DNA from: Phoronis australis
Lineage: Eukaryota; Animalia; Phoronida
Assembly (NCBI GenBank): GCA_002633005.1
Contig: NMRA01000077.1
Span: 248,001-312,000, forward strand
Length of the DNA: 64,000 nucleotides
Direction of reading: 5' to 3'
In this document: one piece after another, positions 51,601-62,253 of the stretch
How the letters are laid out: each line of letters opens with the position of its first letter
How positions within the stretch are numbered: the stretch's first letter is position 1
Made by a program: the position numbers and the translations under genes
The notes under the pieces: model-generated
Database searches by the model: none
What the model saw: the letters and a program-made list of their open reading frames with translations, nothing else
Told to the model about the DNA's origin: nothing

Positions 51601-54600
51601 TCAAAAAAATTTATTGAGTTTCCTCAATTGACAGCTTTCTAATTACATTGATAGAACTGATTTAATTTATCCCTGTGTTGGTTGTAGAGTATCTCCAATG
51701 AGTCGTGTGACGCCACAGCACTGCTAAGGAACGAAAAGAGATCTGAATTAGTAATCGGTAGACTGATAGTGAATTGTGGGAATGGGTCAAACTGTCAAAG
51801 GGCGGAAAATTCAGGCCACATCCCAAGGTAAATGTCTAAATATATCAGCATTGTTATGGCTTGAGGATTGTTTTGTGTGACAAATATGGCCTGACATTTA
51901 TGCCCAACAAACAACTTGCCCATTGCAAAAATGAAAATTCATTTTCACAACGCTTGACTGACATCAACAGTCCAATTAGTTAAAGGCCGCATGCTGAGCT
52001 CCAGGGAAATGAATTACGTTTACTTCCAAGAACGGTAAAAATAGGATGCTGAAAACTGATCTTTCACAAATATAGGGGTCCCCATAATTTTGAAACAAAC
52101 AAAAAAAACATTGAAGAAATTAAGATGATGATGTCCAAAATTACGAAACAATTTTGATGAAAATATTCTCATATCAAAACTTTACCATTTACTTATCATT
52201 TTTCTCTGTCCAAACTCGGAAATGCCAAGGCATGCAAAATCAACTAAACTTTAACAGTCTAGGAAACGAAAAGGAACAAAGCCTCACATTACTCGAGTAT
52301 AGACACAGTCCAGGAAGTCACAGATATGATCATTTATACTAATAGACACAGTCCAGGAAGTCACAGATATGATCATTTATACTACTTGAGTATAGACACA
52401 GTCCAGGAAGTCACAGATATGATCATTTATACTACTTTAGGGTAAATTTGCTATATTCAGTTATAACCACAGCAGTTACGACTGAGCTACTTGAAATGAC
52501 ACCGACAAATAACAGGATGCAGTGTCACCGTCTTATGATTACCTACAACTCGCATGCGGCCTTTTGAGAAGGAATATATCACTTACCTTTGAATAACTAA
52601 CAGCAAACGCCTGGACTACATAACTACCCATAATTTTAGGCAGAGAGAGTATTCTAACAAGCACGGGACTTGTAAAAATGTTTTATCAATTATGTAGTGT
52701 TGTCGCACTATTCAAATATTTACACACATGCCTTCGATCTTGCATTTCTCACCATCAGTTAAAATGAAAAAATGCACATCAGCCCAAGATTTAAATTAGA
52801 TAAATTTTAAAAATAACATCAATTCAAAATATGTGACCTGACGGTGTCTTGTATCCATGAAATTGCACCACTTACTCGAGATCTTGGGCAGATATCACAT
52901 TTTTACATTTTAAGTGAGTATTTGTACTGCAAAACCATAGAGAACCCTTCAAGAACATACCGTCGGCAAACGGATCCACGCGTGGGGGTGATATAATCAT
53001 CTGGCGCCTGTGTGCTTTATACTCATTCTCTCTGTCGGCTATACGGGCAGGTCTGTGTTCCGCAAATGGATCAAAGTCCTGAAAGTGCACGGATGCAATG
53101 TTCAGAAAACAATAACTAACAATAAGGCACCAAATAAACACACAGTGTCGGAATTTCCTCTCCAACTTTTTGTATGCTGCGGGGAAATTCGGACACCAGT
53201 GTTTTTAGGCTACTAGACGCTTTTCTTGACGTTTTCTTGGGAGATTTTCGTAATCACGTGATGACCTCCTGTTTTAGAGGTCAATCCAAAACTTAATTTG
53301 TCAACAACAAGGGCGCTGTTTACCACGTGGGCTGCACACAAAGTGGTAAGGGCGGACGTACTTTTACGTTGTTCATGTAGCCAGGACATGATGACTTCTT
53401 GAATTTTATTATTCGTCTGATAAGACTGCAAAATAATACCTAAATTCATTTTTTGAAATCATAAAGTACTGTTATATATTTTGTCCGAGTTTTACCTATT
53501 CAGAATTTGCTGGTCCGAATTTCCCTGGCACTCCATCCGACTTTCCCCACCTGCGTCCGAATTTCCCCCGATTTTGACCATTGTTATTATTCTTAAAATT
53601 CGAAGGCACTGGAAGTGAACTAGTAATGAAGAATCTCATTGGTTGGTTTCTCAAATGATTTGCGGAGATCCCATTACTCGCCTAATGTTACTAGCTGACA
53701 CATAAACCTTCAGTAGTAGGTAAGCAAGTCGAGCTAGGAGGTTTTGTCCGAATTTACCCGAACTTCCCCAACCTGAGTTTTAATCATTTTATTCAACTTT
53801 AAACGGGATTTCAACTGTAGTAAGGCACAGGTCTTAAGCATATTGTAAAAAAATTTAATATACCTATGGTTTCCGTCACTCCTACATACATGGGGTATCA
53901 GAAAAAAGGAATTGTTGCAAGATTATAGCAAAAAGTGACTCACCTTCTCCTGTGCTGTATCATTGAGAATGTTTAATGGAGCTGTGTATGATGTCTTCTT
54001 GCCCAACATCTGCATCGACATGTCGTCGTCGTCCTGCAATACAGTGAAAAATCGTTGTTACAACGGTACGTGGAGATTATAGTGTCCAAAAGGATTGCGT
54101 GATTATTTAGCAAGAGAAATTTCACTTGTTCTGCTACATGAGTGCTCTTGAAATTGAAGTGTGTCATGTAAAACAGAAATAAGACATGTTACTGATAACG
54201 TATTCAGTCCCTCGGCATACCCATCACAGCTAAGGAATCAGATCAAAAAAAATCATCCTTTCTTATAAATGGTCTAAGCACACAAAATAATTTAATAACA
54301 AATAATGTAGTAAATACTAAAGAACTAAAACTTAAGCATAGATACCAGACTAACTGCATGATAGACTTTAACACAGTTTAAAGACAGCAGCACTTCAAAC
54401 AAAAAGCATTGGACTAGTCAACTCTCTCAACAATGTACCAATCATAGCTACACTAATAGGGAGAACTATAGTGAGGGGTGAAAAGGCACTCAAAAAAACA
54501 CTCACATCTTGTTCTTCATTTGTAGCAATAGAAGTGACATATCCCTCAAATCTGTCTGCTTTGGACATGCCATATATGTCCTTATCAAAGTGGCCCTCTG

Positions 54601-56119
54601 CACCAAGACCAATTCTGGCCTCCTCCGCAACCTCAGCCCCGAGACCGGAGCGCTTGGCCTGCAAGTCTCGTACCTGCGCCTCAATCTCTGAAATAAAAAT
54701 GGATTAAATAGAGGTTGACCATTAAGGAACCAATCATCAACTGAACAATTCATGAAGGAACATGAAATTCAGAAATTGAAATTCAGAAATTTGAAGAGAG
54801 ACATCAGAGAGAGACACAGACTTACATATGCACACTCAAAGGATTTAAAGGTGTTGTATTCCTACAGGTTCACTAGCTAGGCTTATAGAAGTAATCACCA
54901 GTTAAAACAGCTCGAACAACCCAATCATAGGCACCTTTAATCAGCCACTTGATGATATACCATAATAGTGGCCTGATGAGTATGTGCATTAATTGATGTA
55001 AATGAAGCAGGTTGGCCAAAATGCTTTGCCGTGAATAATGCTGACTGAATTAGGGAAATCTGGTATATGGTATTTAATACTTTCAACCTCAACAAATGTA
55101 AAGAGTGAAGGTGTTGCAGTTGCAGATAAAATGTGTGATGTAAATTACTCCCAGATTGACATGTTTTTAGTAATAAGTGACTGTCAATTCAAGAGTGCCT
55201 GTGATGGTGTGACCCGATATAGTAGACAGTGACCACTGTCTCTAGCTGGCTCAATAGTGACAGTGTACCTCCTATTATTACGTTCTTATAAATACCTTTT
55301 GCGCATAGAGGGACACCTTACGACGTTTTTAATTCCTTCCAACTCAAAGAAATATTCCCGTTGTTAAAATTTTTCTTCGAGCATTTCCTCGTTCAGTTCC
55401 CTAAATCAGTAACTAGTCATTTTTAACACTGCGCACGCCACCTGCCGCGCGCAGTGTTAGAAATGGTGAGTTACCGATTTTGGGAACTGAACGAGGAACT
55501 GCTCGAAGAAAAAGTTTGATAACAGGGGTATTTCGTCGAGTTGGAAGACATTAAAAACATCGAAAGCCACCTAAGGTGTCCGTCTATGCGCAAACGGTAT
55601 TTATAAGAATGTGACTTCAATGTTTTAGTCAGCGTGAGGCATGACGAAGGTCATTGTCTATGCCTACAGGTGCTCCACCGCCCTACTGGCAGTGCCAGTA
55701 CTAGTACCCGTAGGACGGTGACGTCGGTGGTCACTGATAGGTGTTCGTACGTGATGGCATGACTGCTAACTGAACGACTCTCAGCAAACTCCCACCAGCA
55801 GTATAAATAAACGGTTACAAAAATCCAGGAAACCATAAAACAAGACACCGATGACAGATCAAGGACGAATGATGTCGACGGTTACAACGTTCTGTTGACG
55901 AGTTGCATTCGCCATTTTGGATTTTCTTCAATGAGAAACTCCAACAATGACTGGCACAAATACGAATGTTTGCAGAGCGATTGAAATTAAGTATATTTCA
56001 TGAATATTTACAACCATCCACAAAGCAGTTTCATAATCTCCATTGCAATAATAAACGTGGTTTACGGAGTTTTACCGCAATTTCAATGCGACCTTACCTT
56101 CGTGGGTAGTAGCAGCCAT
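33534..56119 (-). CDS. SF3B1: Splicing factor 3B subunit 1 (SF3b155), complete gene, 21 coding exons, 1322 aa
   Basis: Exons translate to unmistakable SF3B1 sequence (RWDETP ULM motifs, TPGH repeats, [50 protein letters not shown]). Exon lengths sum to 3969 nt with consistent phases. Confidence 0.99.
34995..35211 (-). CDS. SF3B1: SF3B1 exon 20
   Basis: tgcag|DLVHRQT...[11 protein letters not shown]...LQYALQ|gtagg. Confidence 0.97.
35389..35661 (-). CDS. SF3B1: SF3B1 exon 19
   Basis: tgcag|[22 protein letters not shown]...EDALMD(R)|gtgaa. Confidence 0.97.
36590..37760. repeat. Degenerate tandem-unit repeat (Helitron/Helentron-associated type) in SF3B1 intron 18; related copy at about 43530-44390
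   Basis: Recurring CCACTAG(R)KGGC and AACACATCTGCCAA(T)TT blocks at roughly 150-bp spacing in both regions. Family assignment is inference. Confidence 0.6.
37874..38059 (-). CDS. SF3B1: SF3B1 exon 18
   Basis: ttcag|[19 protein letters not shown]...YIAKAI(G)|gtaag. Confidence 0.97.
38312..38673 (-). CDS. SF3B1: SF3B1 exon 17
   Basis: tgcag|[16 protein letters not shown]...LTPILKN(R)|gtgag. Confidence 0.97.
38888..41180. mobile_element. 2293-bp Kolobok-like DNA transposon remnant in SF3B1 intron 16, inserted into a tRNA-SINE head
   Basis: TTAA at 38884-38887 and 41181-41184; AG...CT termini; imperfect TIRs of about 48 bp (AGTCCCTACAAAATG..CTTTT..ATGTTAAATA vs AGACCCTACATAACG..CTTTT..ATGTTAAATA). 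Flanks carry an A box (TGGCCTAGTGG) and a B box (GGTTCAAGTCC). Confidence 0.8.
41405..41626 (-). CDS. SF3B1: SF3B1 exon 16
   Basis: tgcag|[13 protein letters not shown]...YAFQEQTTE|gtagg. Confidence 0.97.
42532..42657 (-). CDS. SF3B1: SF3B1 exon 15
   Basis: ttcag|[12 protein letters not shown]...[11 protein letters not shown]|gtaac. Confidence 0.97.
43057..43349 (-). CDS. SF3B1: SF3B1 exon 14
   Basis: tacag|[15 protein letters not shown]...EEMKKIVLK|gtgag. Confidence 0.97.
44899..45000. repeat. About 52-bp tandem duplication next to the exon 13 donor
   Basis: GTGATAAACATCAACACTGACATCAGTATGCCT(G/A)ATAGGTAGTGTCAAC x2. Confidence 0.9.
45005..45163 (-). CDS. SF3B1: SF3B1 exon 13
   Basis: gacag|[30 protein letters not shown]...EIIEH(G)|gttag. 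Confidence 0.97.
45662..45773 (-). CDS. SF3B1: SF3B1 exon 12
   Basis: ttcag|[37 protein letters not shown](G)|gtgag. Confidence 0.97.
46113..46379 (-). CDS. SF3B1: SF3B1 exon 11
   Basis: tgtag|[20 protein letters not shown]...[11 protein letters not shown]|gtaac. Confidence 0.97.
46986..47087 (-). CDS. SF3B1: SF3B1 exon 10 (followed by a GC donor)
   Basis: ttcag|[34 protein letters not shown]|gcatgt. Confidence 0.93.
47280..47477 (-). CDS. SF3B1: SF3B1 exon 9
   Basis: ttcag|[18 protein letters not shown]...QYFDKLL|gtgag. Confidence 0.97.
47670..47765. repeat. Minisatellite, 20-23-bp unit, about 4 copies
   Basis: GATTTTAATGCTGTTCTAAT(AAT) repeated in tandem. Confidence 0.88.
48156..48277 (-). 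CDS. SF3B1: SF3B1 exon 8
   Basis: tcag|[10 protein letters not shown]...[23 protein letters not shown]|gtaaa. Confidence 0.96.
48786..49088 (-). CDS. SF3B1: SF3B1 exon 7
   Basis: tccag|[13 protein letters not shown]...AMAMATPTP|gtgag. Confidence 0.96.
49591..49963 (-). CDS. SF3B1: SF3B1 exon 6
   Basis: tatag|[10 protein letters not shown]...KRRRWDQ...[13 protein letters not shown]|gtgag. Confidence 0.94.
50558..50640 (-). CDS. SF3B1: SF3B1 exon 5
   Basis: gtag|[27 protein letters not shown]|gtgag. Confidence 0.96.
52300..52436. repeat. About 42-bp core repeated 3 times in SF3B1 intron 4
   Basis: TAGACACAGTCCAGGAAGTCACAGATATGATCATTTATACT x3. Confidence 0.93.
52961..53078 (-). CDS. SF3B1: SF3B1 exon 4
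   Basis: ttcag|[10 protein letters not shown]...[12 protein letters not shown](G)|gtatg. Confidence 0.96.
53180..53760. mobile_element. MITE in SF3B1 intron 3
   Basis: CGGGGAAATTCGGACA ... TGTCCGAATTTACCCG inverted ends, with internal GTCCGAATTTCCC repeats at about 53513 and 53555. Confidence 0.7.
53944..54033 (-). CDS. SF3B1: SF3B1 exon 3
   Basis: tgcag|[30 protein letters not shown]|gtgag. Confidence 0.93.
54506..54687 (-). CDS. SF3B1: SF3B1 exon 2
   Basis: tttcag|..[11 protein letters not shown]...[13 protein letters not shown]|gtgag. Confidence 0.95.
55279..55613. repeat. Long imperfect palindrome (arms about 160 bp) in SF3B1 intron 1; fold-back MITE-like
   Basis: TTCTTATAAATACC..TGCGCATAGA..TTCCTCGTTCAGTTCCC..TAACACTGCGC pairs with GCGCAGTGTTA..GGGAACTGAACGAGGAA..TCTATGCGCA..GGTATTTATAAGAA. 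Confidence 0.93.
56098..56119 (-). CDS. SF3B1: SF3B1 exon 1 (coding part)
   Basis: ATG GCT GCT ACT ACC CAC GAA G|GTAAGG gives MAATTHE, joining in frame to EIEAQ. Confidence 0.9.
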
Positions 56120-56348
56120 TTTCCTTCCCACAGTTCTGTGCGTCAATGGTTTTACGGTGCTAAAAATAATTCGAATACCTGACTCAAAAACAACAACTAA
56201 CAAAAAACAGCTTAAAAATAGCATTGCATCAAATAACTTGACATTAAGGTTAGTTATTGATACAACTTTTAAATATAATTACTATATATTACTAAACGGA
56301 AATGGAAATGTATTAATTGGCTGAACACCACGGAAGTTTGCATCACAA
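56120..56348. promoter_or_regulatory. Bidirectional promoter / 5' UTRs shared by SF3B1 and COQ10
   Basis: 229 bp between divergent ATGs. ETS-like CGGAAGT at 56331 and CGGAAA at about 56297; ATTGG (reverse CCAAT) at about 56316; YY1-like AAAATGGCTGC over the SF3B1 start. Confidence 0.75.
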
Positions 56349-56425
56349 ATGGCAGTTGCCAAAAACTTTCGTAAACAAATTTATCAATATTTAAAAAATG
56401 AAGCAACTATAAAGCGAGCCATCAG
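56349..56425 (+). CDS. COQ10: COQ10 exon 1
   Basis: [25 protein letters not shown](S)|gtaact; phase 2 matches exon 2; basic, presequence-like. Confidence 0.75.
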
Positions 56426-59400
56426 GTAACTGAACAACTTAATGTGTGACTTAATCTTTAAGATCACCACTTTACTATTTGTACCATAAATCTTAGATGA
56501 TTCAATAAAAAATTGTTGACCTTTCTGAGCCTGAGCTGAGGTCACGGCTAGCCTTGCCCTTGCCTTGGTACAAAGCTATATACTAAATATACAGCTTTGC
56601 GCCAATGTGGGTAAAAAAGTGGGAAGATAAAATCTGACACAAAATTAGTGTCATTAAAAACTACAGTCTTCCTTGAATTATTTAATGGTGTTAGAAAAAA
56701 TGGCGTTCTACTGTTATTTGCTGAAGTTGTGGAGTGATCTGCGTTGGCTTTCGGCGCCATGAAATATTGCGTCACCTATTGGCCAGTTTCTTTTTTTCGC
56801 CGATTCTTCAATCAACTGTTGTTCATTCACGAGGTTGCGTATGCGTCACAACAAATTATTAGAACTGGTTTCACTTCATGATAAGTTTTTAGAATTTTGA
56901 TACTGAAAAACCGAATTCCAGAGCAAATTTTGCTGCTGCGAAGTTGTCCCAAAAATTTAGGAAATGGCGCATGCATGTGACACGAGCGTACTATTTTCAA
57001 AATGACAACATACTTTTCATTGTTACAAAAGGTCGAGAATGACACAAGAAAATGACGTTGGTTGCATTGTTTTTCACTTAAACGGTTGTAACGGGCAAGG
57101 TGAGTGTCGGTTGACTCCCAGATTTTGCTTGCACCCCGTCCGGTCTTTAGTTTTACATGTTGAAACAAATTTCACGGCGAGCAGAACTACCCTGGCTGTG
57201 TGCAATTTCGGGGTCTACGGAAGAAAAACACACAGTGGTACCAAGCTGTATTTTGACGATAGTCTTCATACAGCTAGCTGGCTGGCTAACGGCTGGCCAG
57301 CAAAGTCCAGTGCCAGTGGCAATGCCATTGCTATTCACATGTGTTGGCTCGTCTTGTATTGTGTTAGTAAAGTTCAACGGTTCAGTGGACAGTAAATTTT
57401 ATGCATGTGAAAAGTACTTGAGTTTGAAAGTTTCTGTCTTGTAAGTTATACCGTCTTAAGTCCTAAGTCGTGAGTGTCCCCCCCCCCCCCCCATCACAAC
57501 CTATTTAATGAGAATTCTCCACACTCTCTGCTGAGACATGTAGGTACTGTGTGCGACACAAGATGATGACAGGGAATTAAAAAGTATGAGCACAGCCTCA
57601 GAAATCGCTTTTGCATTATATCCCTGAGGTTCTCATTCACTTCCTTGCCCACATTCACAACTAGCCTAAGACTTGAGCTCAGAGGAATAGGAGACACCTT
57701 TGTGCAATGCTCGAATGTCAGTCAGTGAACCCAGAATTTGAACCCAGGTCTCTCCTGTGGGAGTACAGAGATCTAACCACTGAGCCATGTGAGTGGCAGG
57801 GAATTCAAGTTGACAATGTTGAGAGAAGTATATAGACAAGGCAACACTTGTCACTGGGCGATCAGTCATTGAGGTTGCATGCTTTGTTTGTCATGTATCC
57901 TCACCATTCAGATCTACTAATGTTTACATTCATTCATGTATTGGTTTAAGAACATGTTAGAAATTTTGATTGTGGGAATCGTTCTTTTTTTCAGCTGTAC
58001 ATCTTGTTTGTGTGAACAACTGACTGGGAACAGACCGCTTGTTGTGACTCAAAGCAGAGGTTCACCTGATGTTGATCACAGACAGTGCTCAGTTGCCAAT
58101 GGACACTTCCCTTCAGTTCTAAGAGCACGCAGCCATATGTGTGATACATGGACTAACACGAATCTGATAAACTGTCAACAAATCCGGCCTCTACATTTGC
58201 CCTCATTTAATCCTTTTGATCGTTCACGAAAACAAGAGTATTCAGAGAGACGTGTTCTAGGGTAAGGAAAACAAACTCTGGGGTTTTGTTGTGACGATCT
58301 TAAATGCATTGAGTTGTGTGCCACCATTTAGTATCTGTATGCTTTGTTTTGTTTTCATTCACACAAGTACCGTTATTTATAATAACGCTGTTGGTGCCAT
58401 ACGTAAATTTTAGAAAATGTCTACAACAGTCAAACCATCCCCATTTTGTTAAGGGTTTCACTTTTGCTATGAGGTGCTGAAATCTTACTGGCAATTATTT
58501 GACATGACATGAACACTCAGCAGCCCATCATATTGTTGAATCTAACCAGATTGTAAAATGACTGAAAATGAATTCAACTCAAAGCTGCATTTCGTCCTGT
58601 TCAGGTGGCTTAAAAACCAAAATCGACTTTAAAATTTGCCTTACCGAGAAGGAACTTATTTTCTATACCAAGAAAAGTGTACAAACCCTCAACAGGTCAA
58701 GAAACGCGTGGGAAAGTTGTCAATTTTATTAGTTGTCCTGTGGTGAAATTTGAAAATGACCAATATGGCTTCTGTTCAAAAACAGGTCAGTCTTGTAATT
58801 CAACTGTGACTATTTCCCGTGCGTACTTCCCAGGATCAGCTATTGATTCTGGGTCTTTGCTTAAAAACTTGAAACATGTTTAAACTGACAACCAGGCAAG
58901 GCGAAATGAAGAATGCATAGAAATATTATTTAACTGAAACTCTTCCCCTTGTGTCTTAATGGAGATCTTTTGGTTTGAGCTGGGTGGTCTTACAGCTGTT
59001 GATTACGTTTTTTTAGTTAAACCATTGGTCAAGTTAGTTGATTAGACAGACTAAGTCTCCAAGTTTTTCCAATGTTTTCAGGGTTGATGATTACAGAGCA
59101 TTATATTCTGTCAAGGACTTAAGTGTTCTACTCTTTGTTAGCATCACACTGTTAGTATGCTAGTTTTAGAATGCTTTCAAAATATTGTACTCATCCTGGT
59201 TAATGCACAAATTTTCAATTTTAAATGCACATGTTCGGCTCTGCACCAATCTCTAATTTAAATGACCAAGTCTTCCTTAAAAGTGTTAATACTCCTTGGG
59301 AATTCTTCAGCTCCCAAAACATACTCCATTCGCTTACCTTTGGATAATGAATACAGTTTCAGTGGCACCTTGCTGATTGCGGGCGAGAAAATACCCACTT

Positions 59401-62253
59401 TTAACTGAAGGAAAGACGTGAAATAGTTCTTTTGGCTCATGTGCATAAACTATGCTCCAAAAAATCATGTTAACCCCTTTTGGTCAACTTGTTATCCAAT
59501 TCTTGATTTTTGAATTTCCTAATTTAATCTCCCTTGGCATTTACATGGATGAGTGCGGTATGTTATTGTACAAGTAAAAATTCCTGAGACCTTGTGCAAT
59601 GTATGTTTGCAGCTATTCAATGGACCAGATGTACACAGTAGTCTCTGAAGTGGAGCACTACCATGAGTTTGTACCATGGTGCTTAAAGTCAACGTGCAGT
59701 AATGTCAAACCAAACAGCCTGCAATGCCATCTAGAGATTGGCTTTCCCCCTCTAGTCGAACGCTATACCTCAACTGTCACGCTAGCTAAACCACATTTAG
59801 TAAAGGTGAGTATTTTCAGAACAACATAAGCTACATGTTGATTTTCAGGAAATTAGATTAAGAGAAAGAGAAAAGGAATTGACAGCGTTTTGGCACTGAG
59901 AACTTGGTCATTTACAGCACCAGCGTGGCTCAGATATCACAGTGATGCCAAGATTTGTTGAGGAGAAATATACCGTGTTGACAACAAAACAGTAATGTGA
60001 TGAGCTGAGCTTTTAATGGTGTTTGTTTAGTTGAACATGATTTGCATTCAATTGACTTTTTGCATGTCTTTGATGGTTTCTAACCCCACGGCTTGCTATT
60101 ATGGTGTGTGGTTCAACTTTTTGATAAATGATTTTATTTTAAAGTATCCAGTTAAGTTTGCTATGTCTTGGTCAGTTAAATGAGGCTGTAATATATGAGC
60201 ATCACTCGTTGGTCTTCTAGAGATACGATGACACTTTACAGACCCACCAGGCTCTTCTTTGAGTACCAAGTCATTGAGTTAAAGCTCAAACACAAAGCCA
60301 GTGTACAGTCATAAATGTTAAAACTACAATTGATGCCGAGCATAATATATGCTCTTATTGTCATCTGTGTTTCACATTTGAAATTTGTGTTTGGTGACTA
60401 AACTTTGAAGTTTGGTTAATTTTATGTACCATATTTGTACAGTGAATGCGGTAGAAACAGCTTGAAAAAATCCACTGTTAATACTGAAGTCAACTGGATT
60501 TTCTCTTATATTAACATTCAGTCTGCATTGTATGTTTCGTTTTGCTGTTAGTCTCTTGCAGCTAGAAGTGTTTATGTGACTTTGTTCATTTAGTGCATGT
60601 TCAATAATCCCTTTGTTCATTTAGTGCATGTTCAATAATCCTTTTGTTCATTTAGTGCATGTTCAATAATCCCTTTGATTTCTGGTGTTGGATCATGTGC
60701 CACACACACAATTCAATGTTTTAGACGACATATGAAATTCCATTTTTTCAAGAAACGAATGTCCTATGTTAGGTTGTTCGGATTCAGTTCTAGGAACTAT
60801 AAGCCTGTCTTTTGTTTAAAAGATATCTGTAAGATGTGGTCATAAAACTGGTAATTTTATCAAATTGTTTCCAAAAACATGTTACTGATGTCTTGAGGGC
60901 TGAGGAACTATTGACAGTGTACAGTCACTTGAGCATGTTTGCTAAGTTGGCTTGTCATGCAGGTTACTTTATGTGCCAAGTATTGTCTGTGCCAGAGTTA
61001 AATATCCTTGGCTATTGAATGCCTGCATTACTTGTTCTTCTCTTGCATTACAGTCTGTGTGCACTGATGGACGACTGTTTAATCATTTGGTCACCATATG
61101 GAGGTTTGGACCTGGTCTCCCCGACAACCCACAGACTTGTACTCTTGACTTCTCGGTAAATCCATTTAACTTTTGCACTTTGTAATAGTTAGAATTGTAC
61201 TGAACACGCTTTCAGAGCCCAAAAATCTGCTACTCTTAACTGACTAGTATAAGTTTACTGGTTACTACACTAACAATACTACATGTGGTCTTCAAACCTT
61301 ATAAAAATTAAAACATCATTTGTCGTTGAAATGCCATACTTGTCCTGGATATTGCCCAGGACGCTTAAACTGGGAAACTCATGAATCGGGGTGTGGGCGA
61401 TAAGCCGAAAGTGTGGGTCTTTGAAAACAATTTTTTGAGAAGTCAAGGGGGGCAATCACCCCAGTGTGTTGGTGCCCCGGGCGTTACTTTGGCATCTGCC
61501 CTCAACTGTAAGAGTTGAATAAAGCAAGCACCACAGGTAAAAGAATTTCATGTGTTCTGCTAGCTCAAATTTGCGCTTAATGAGCTGATTCACTGATTTA
61601 TGTTCCATTTCCTTGTTACACTCGAGTAGTGTTGTCTGAATTGAAATCACATATTCATTGTTTGCCTGAATAAATTATGGTTGTCAGCAATACTTATTCA
61701 TGCTTCCACTGATGGTTTTTAGTGCTCAGCAAACACTAGACATAGGGTTGCTTTCTCACTAGAAGGAAAAACTATGTAAACTCTAAAGTCAACATTTTGA
61801 CTTTTTAGTTGTGTTGACAAGGAGGGGATCTGGGCCTGGTGCCCCCTCCTAAATGACTTCTGCTTTAGTGAGCCAGTACACAGTTCTGTTTAAGACCAGG
61901 GTTGAATTCAACAAGTGTCTTGCAGCGAGAAAAATCTGGCCAAAATCACATGTGCTCTCATTCAAAATACACGATATATCTCGTAAGATGTTGCTTTTGT
62001 AGCGATACACTATCATTATTGAATTCGACCCAGATCCATTTCTAATACAGGGTATTGATTTCACTGTTCTCACCTCTTCTACTTCCAGGTTTCATTTGAG
62101 TTCCGCCACGTCTTTCACTCCAGGCTGGCTCATGTCTTTTTCGACGAAGTGGTCAAGACGATGGTGTCAGCTTTTCTAAAGCGTGCGCTGAAGTTGTACG
62201 GACCACAGTCTATCAAGAATCAGAAACCCAAAATTGTCCATGTTCAGTCATAA
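56349..62253 (+). CDS. COQ10: Coenzyme Q-binding protein COQ10 homolog (START domain, mitochondrial), 5 exons, 267 aa
   Basis: [83 protein letters not shown]; spliced length 804 nt in frame. Confidence 0.97.
56562..57290 (+). repeat. Interspersed repeat, copy 2 (uninterrupted at the TIR-element site), in COQ10 intron 1
   Basis: Aligns with 19042-19242 plus 20861-21785. Confidence 0.88.
57500..57790 (-). mobile_element. tRNA-derived SINE in COQ10 intron 1
   Basis: Minus strand TGGCTCAGTGG (A box, about 57787-57777) and GGTTCAAATTC (B box, about 57744-57734), followed by a body of about 230 bp. 3' boundary approximate. Confidence 0.7.
57995..58261 (+). CDS. COQ10: COQ10 exon 2
   Basis: ttttcag|CTSCLCEQ...[11 protein letters not shown](G)|gtaagg. 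Confidence 0.88.
59613..59805 (+). CDS. COQ10: COQ10 exon 3
   Basis: tgcag|YSMDQMY...KPHLVK|gtgag. Confidence 0.96.
60581..60677. repeat. 31-bp tandem repeat x3 in COQ10 intron 3
   Basis: TTTGTTCATTTAGTGCATGTTCAATAATCC(C/T) x3. Confidence 0.93.
61054..61155 (+). CDS. COQ10: COQ10 exon 4
   Basis: tacag|[12 protein letters not shown]...CTLDFS|gtaaa. Confidence 0.96.
62089..62253 (+). CDS. COQ10: COQ10 exon 5
   Basis: tccag|[22 protein letters not shown]...IVHVQS*; too short for the ORF track. Confidence 0.95.
   Translation, partial: VSFEFRHVFHSRLAHVFFDEVVKTMVSAFLKRALKLYGPQSIKNQKPKIVHVQS

Noticed and set aside
52566-52586. U12-type donor-like ATATATTCCTT next to the candidate poison-exon donor
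   Set aside because: Does not match the strict RTATCCTT consensus, and no U12 branch site was found. No annotated intron here is U12-type.
35440-54707. Plus-strand ORFs overlapping SF3B1 exons (e.g. 35440, 41409, 43178, 46186, 48791, 49577, 54471)
   Set aside because: Antisense shadows of coding exons, with no independent gene structure.
33693-56097. Intronic snoRNAs in SF3B1
   Set aside because: I found no convincing C/D box pair with terminal stem or H/ACA layout by eye; an Infernal/Rfam scan would be needed to exclude them.
57720-57790. Functional tRNA genes here and at about 17500, 18950 and 38850
   Set aside because: Only A/B boxes are recognisable, with no complete cloverleaf; better explained as SINE heads.
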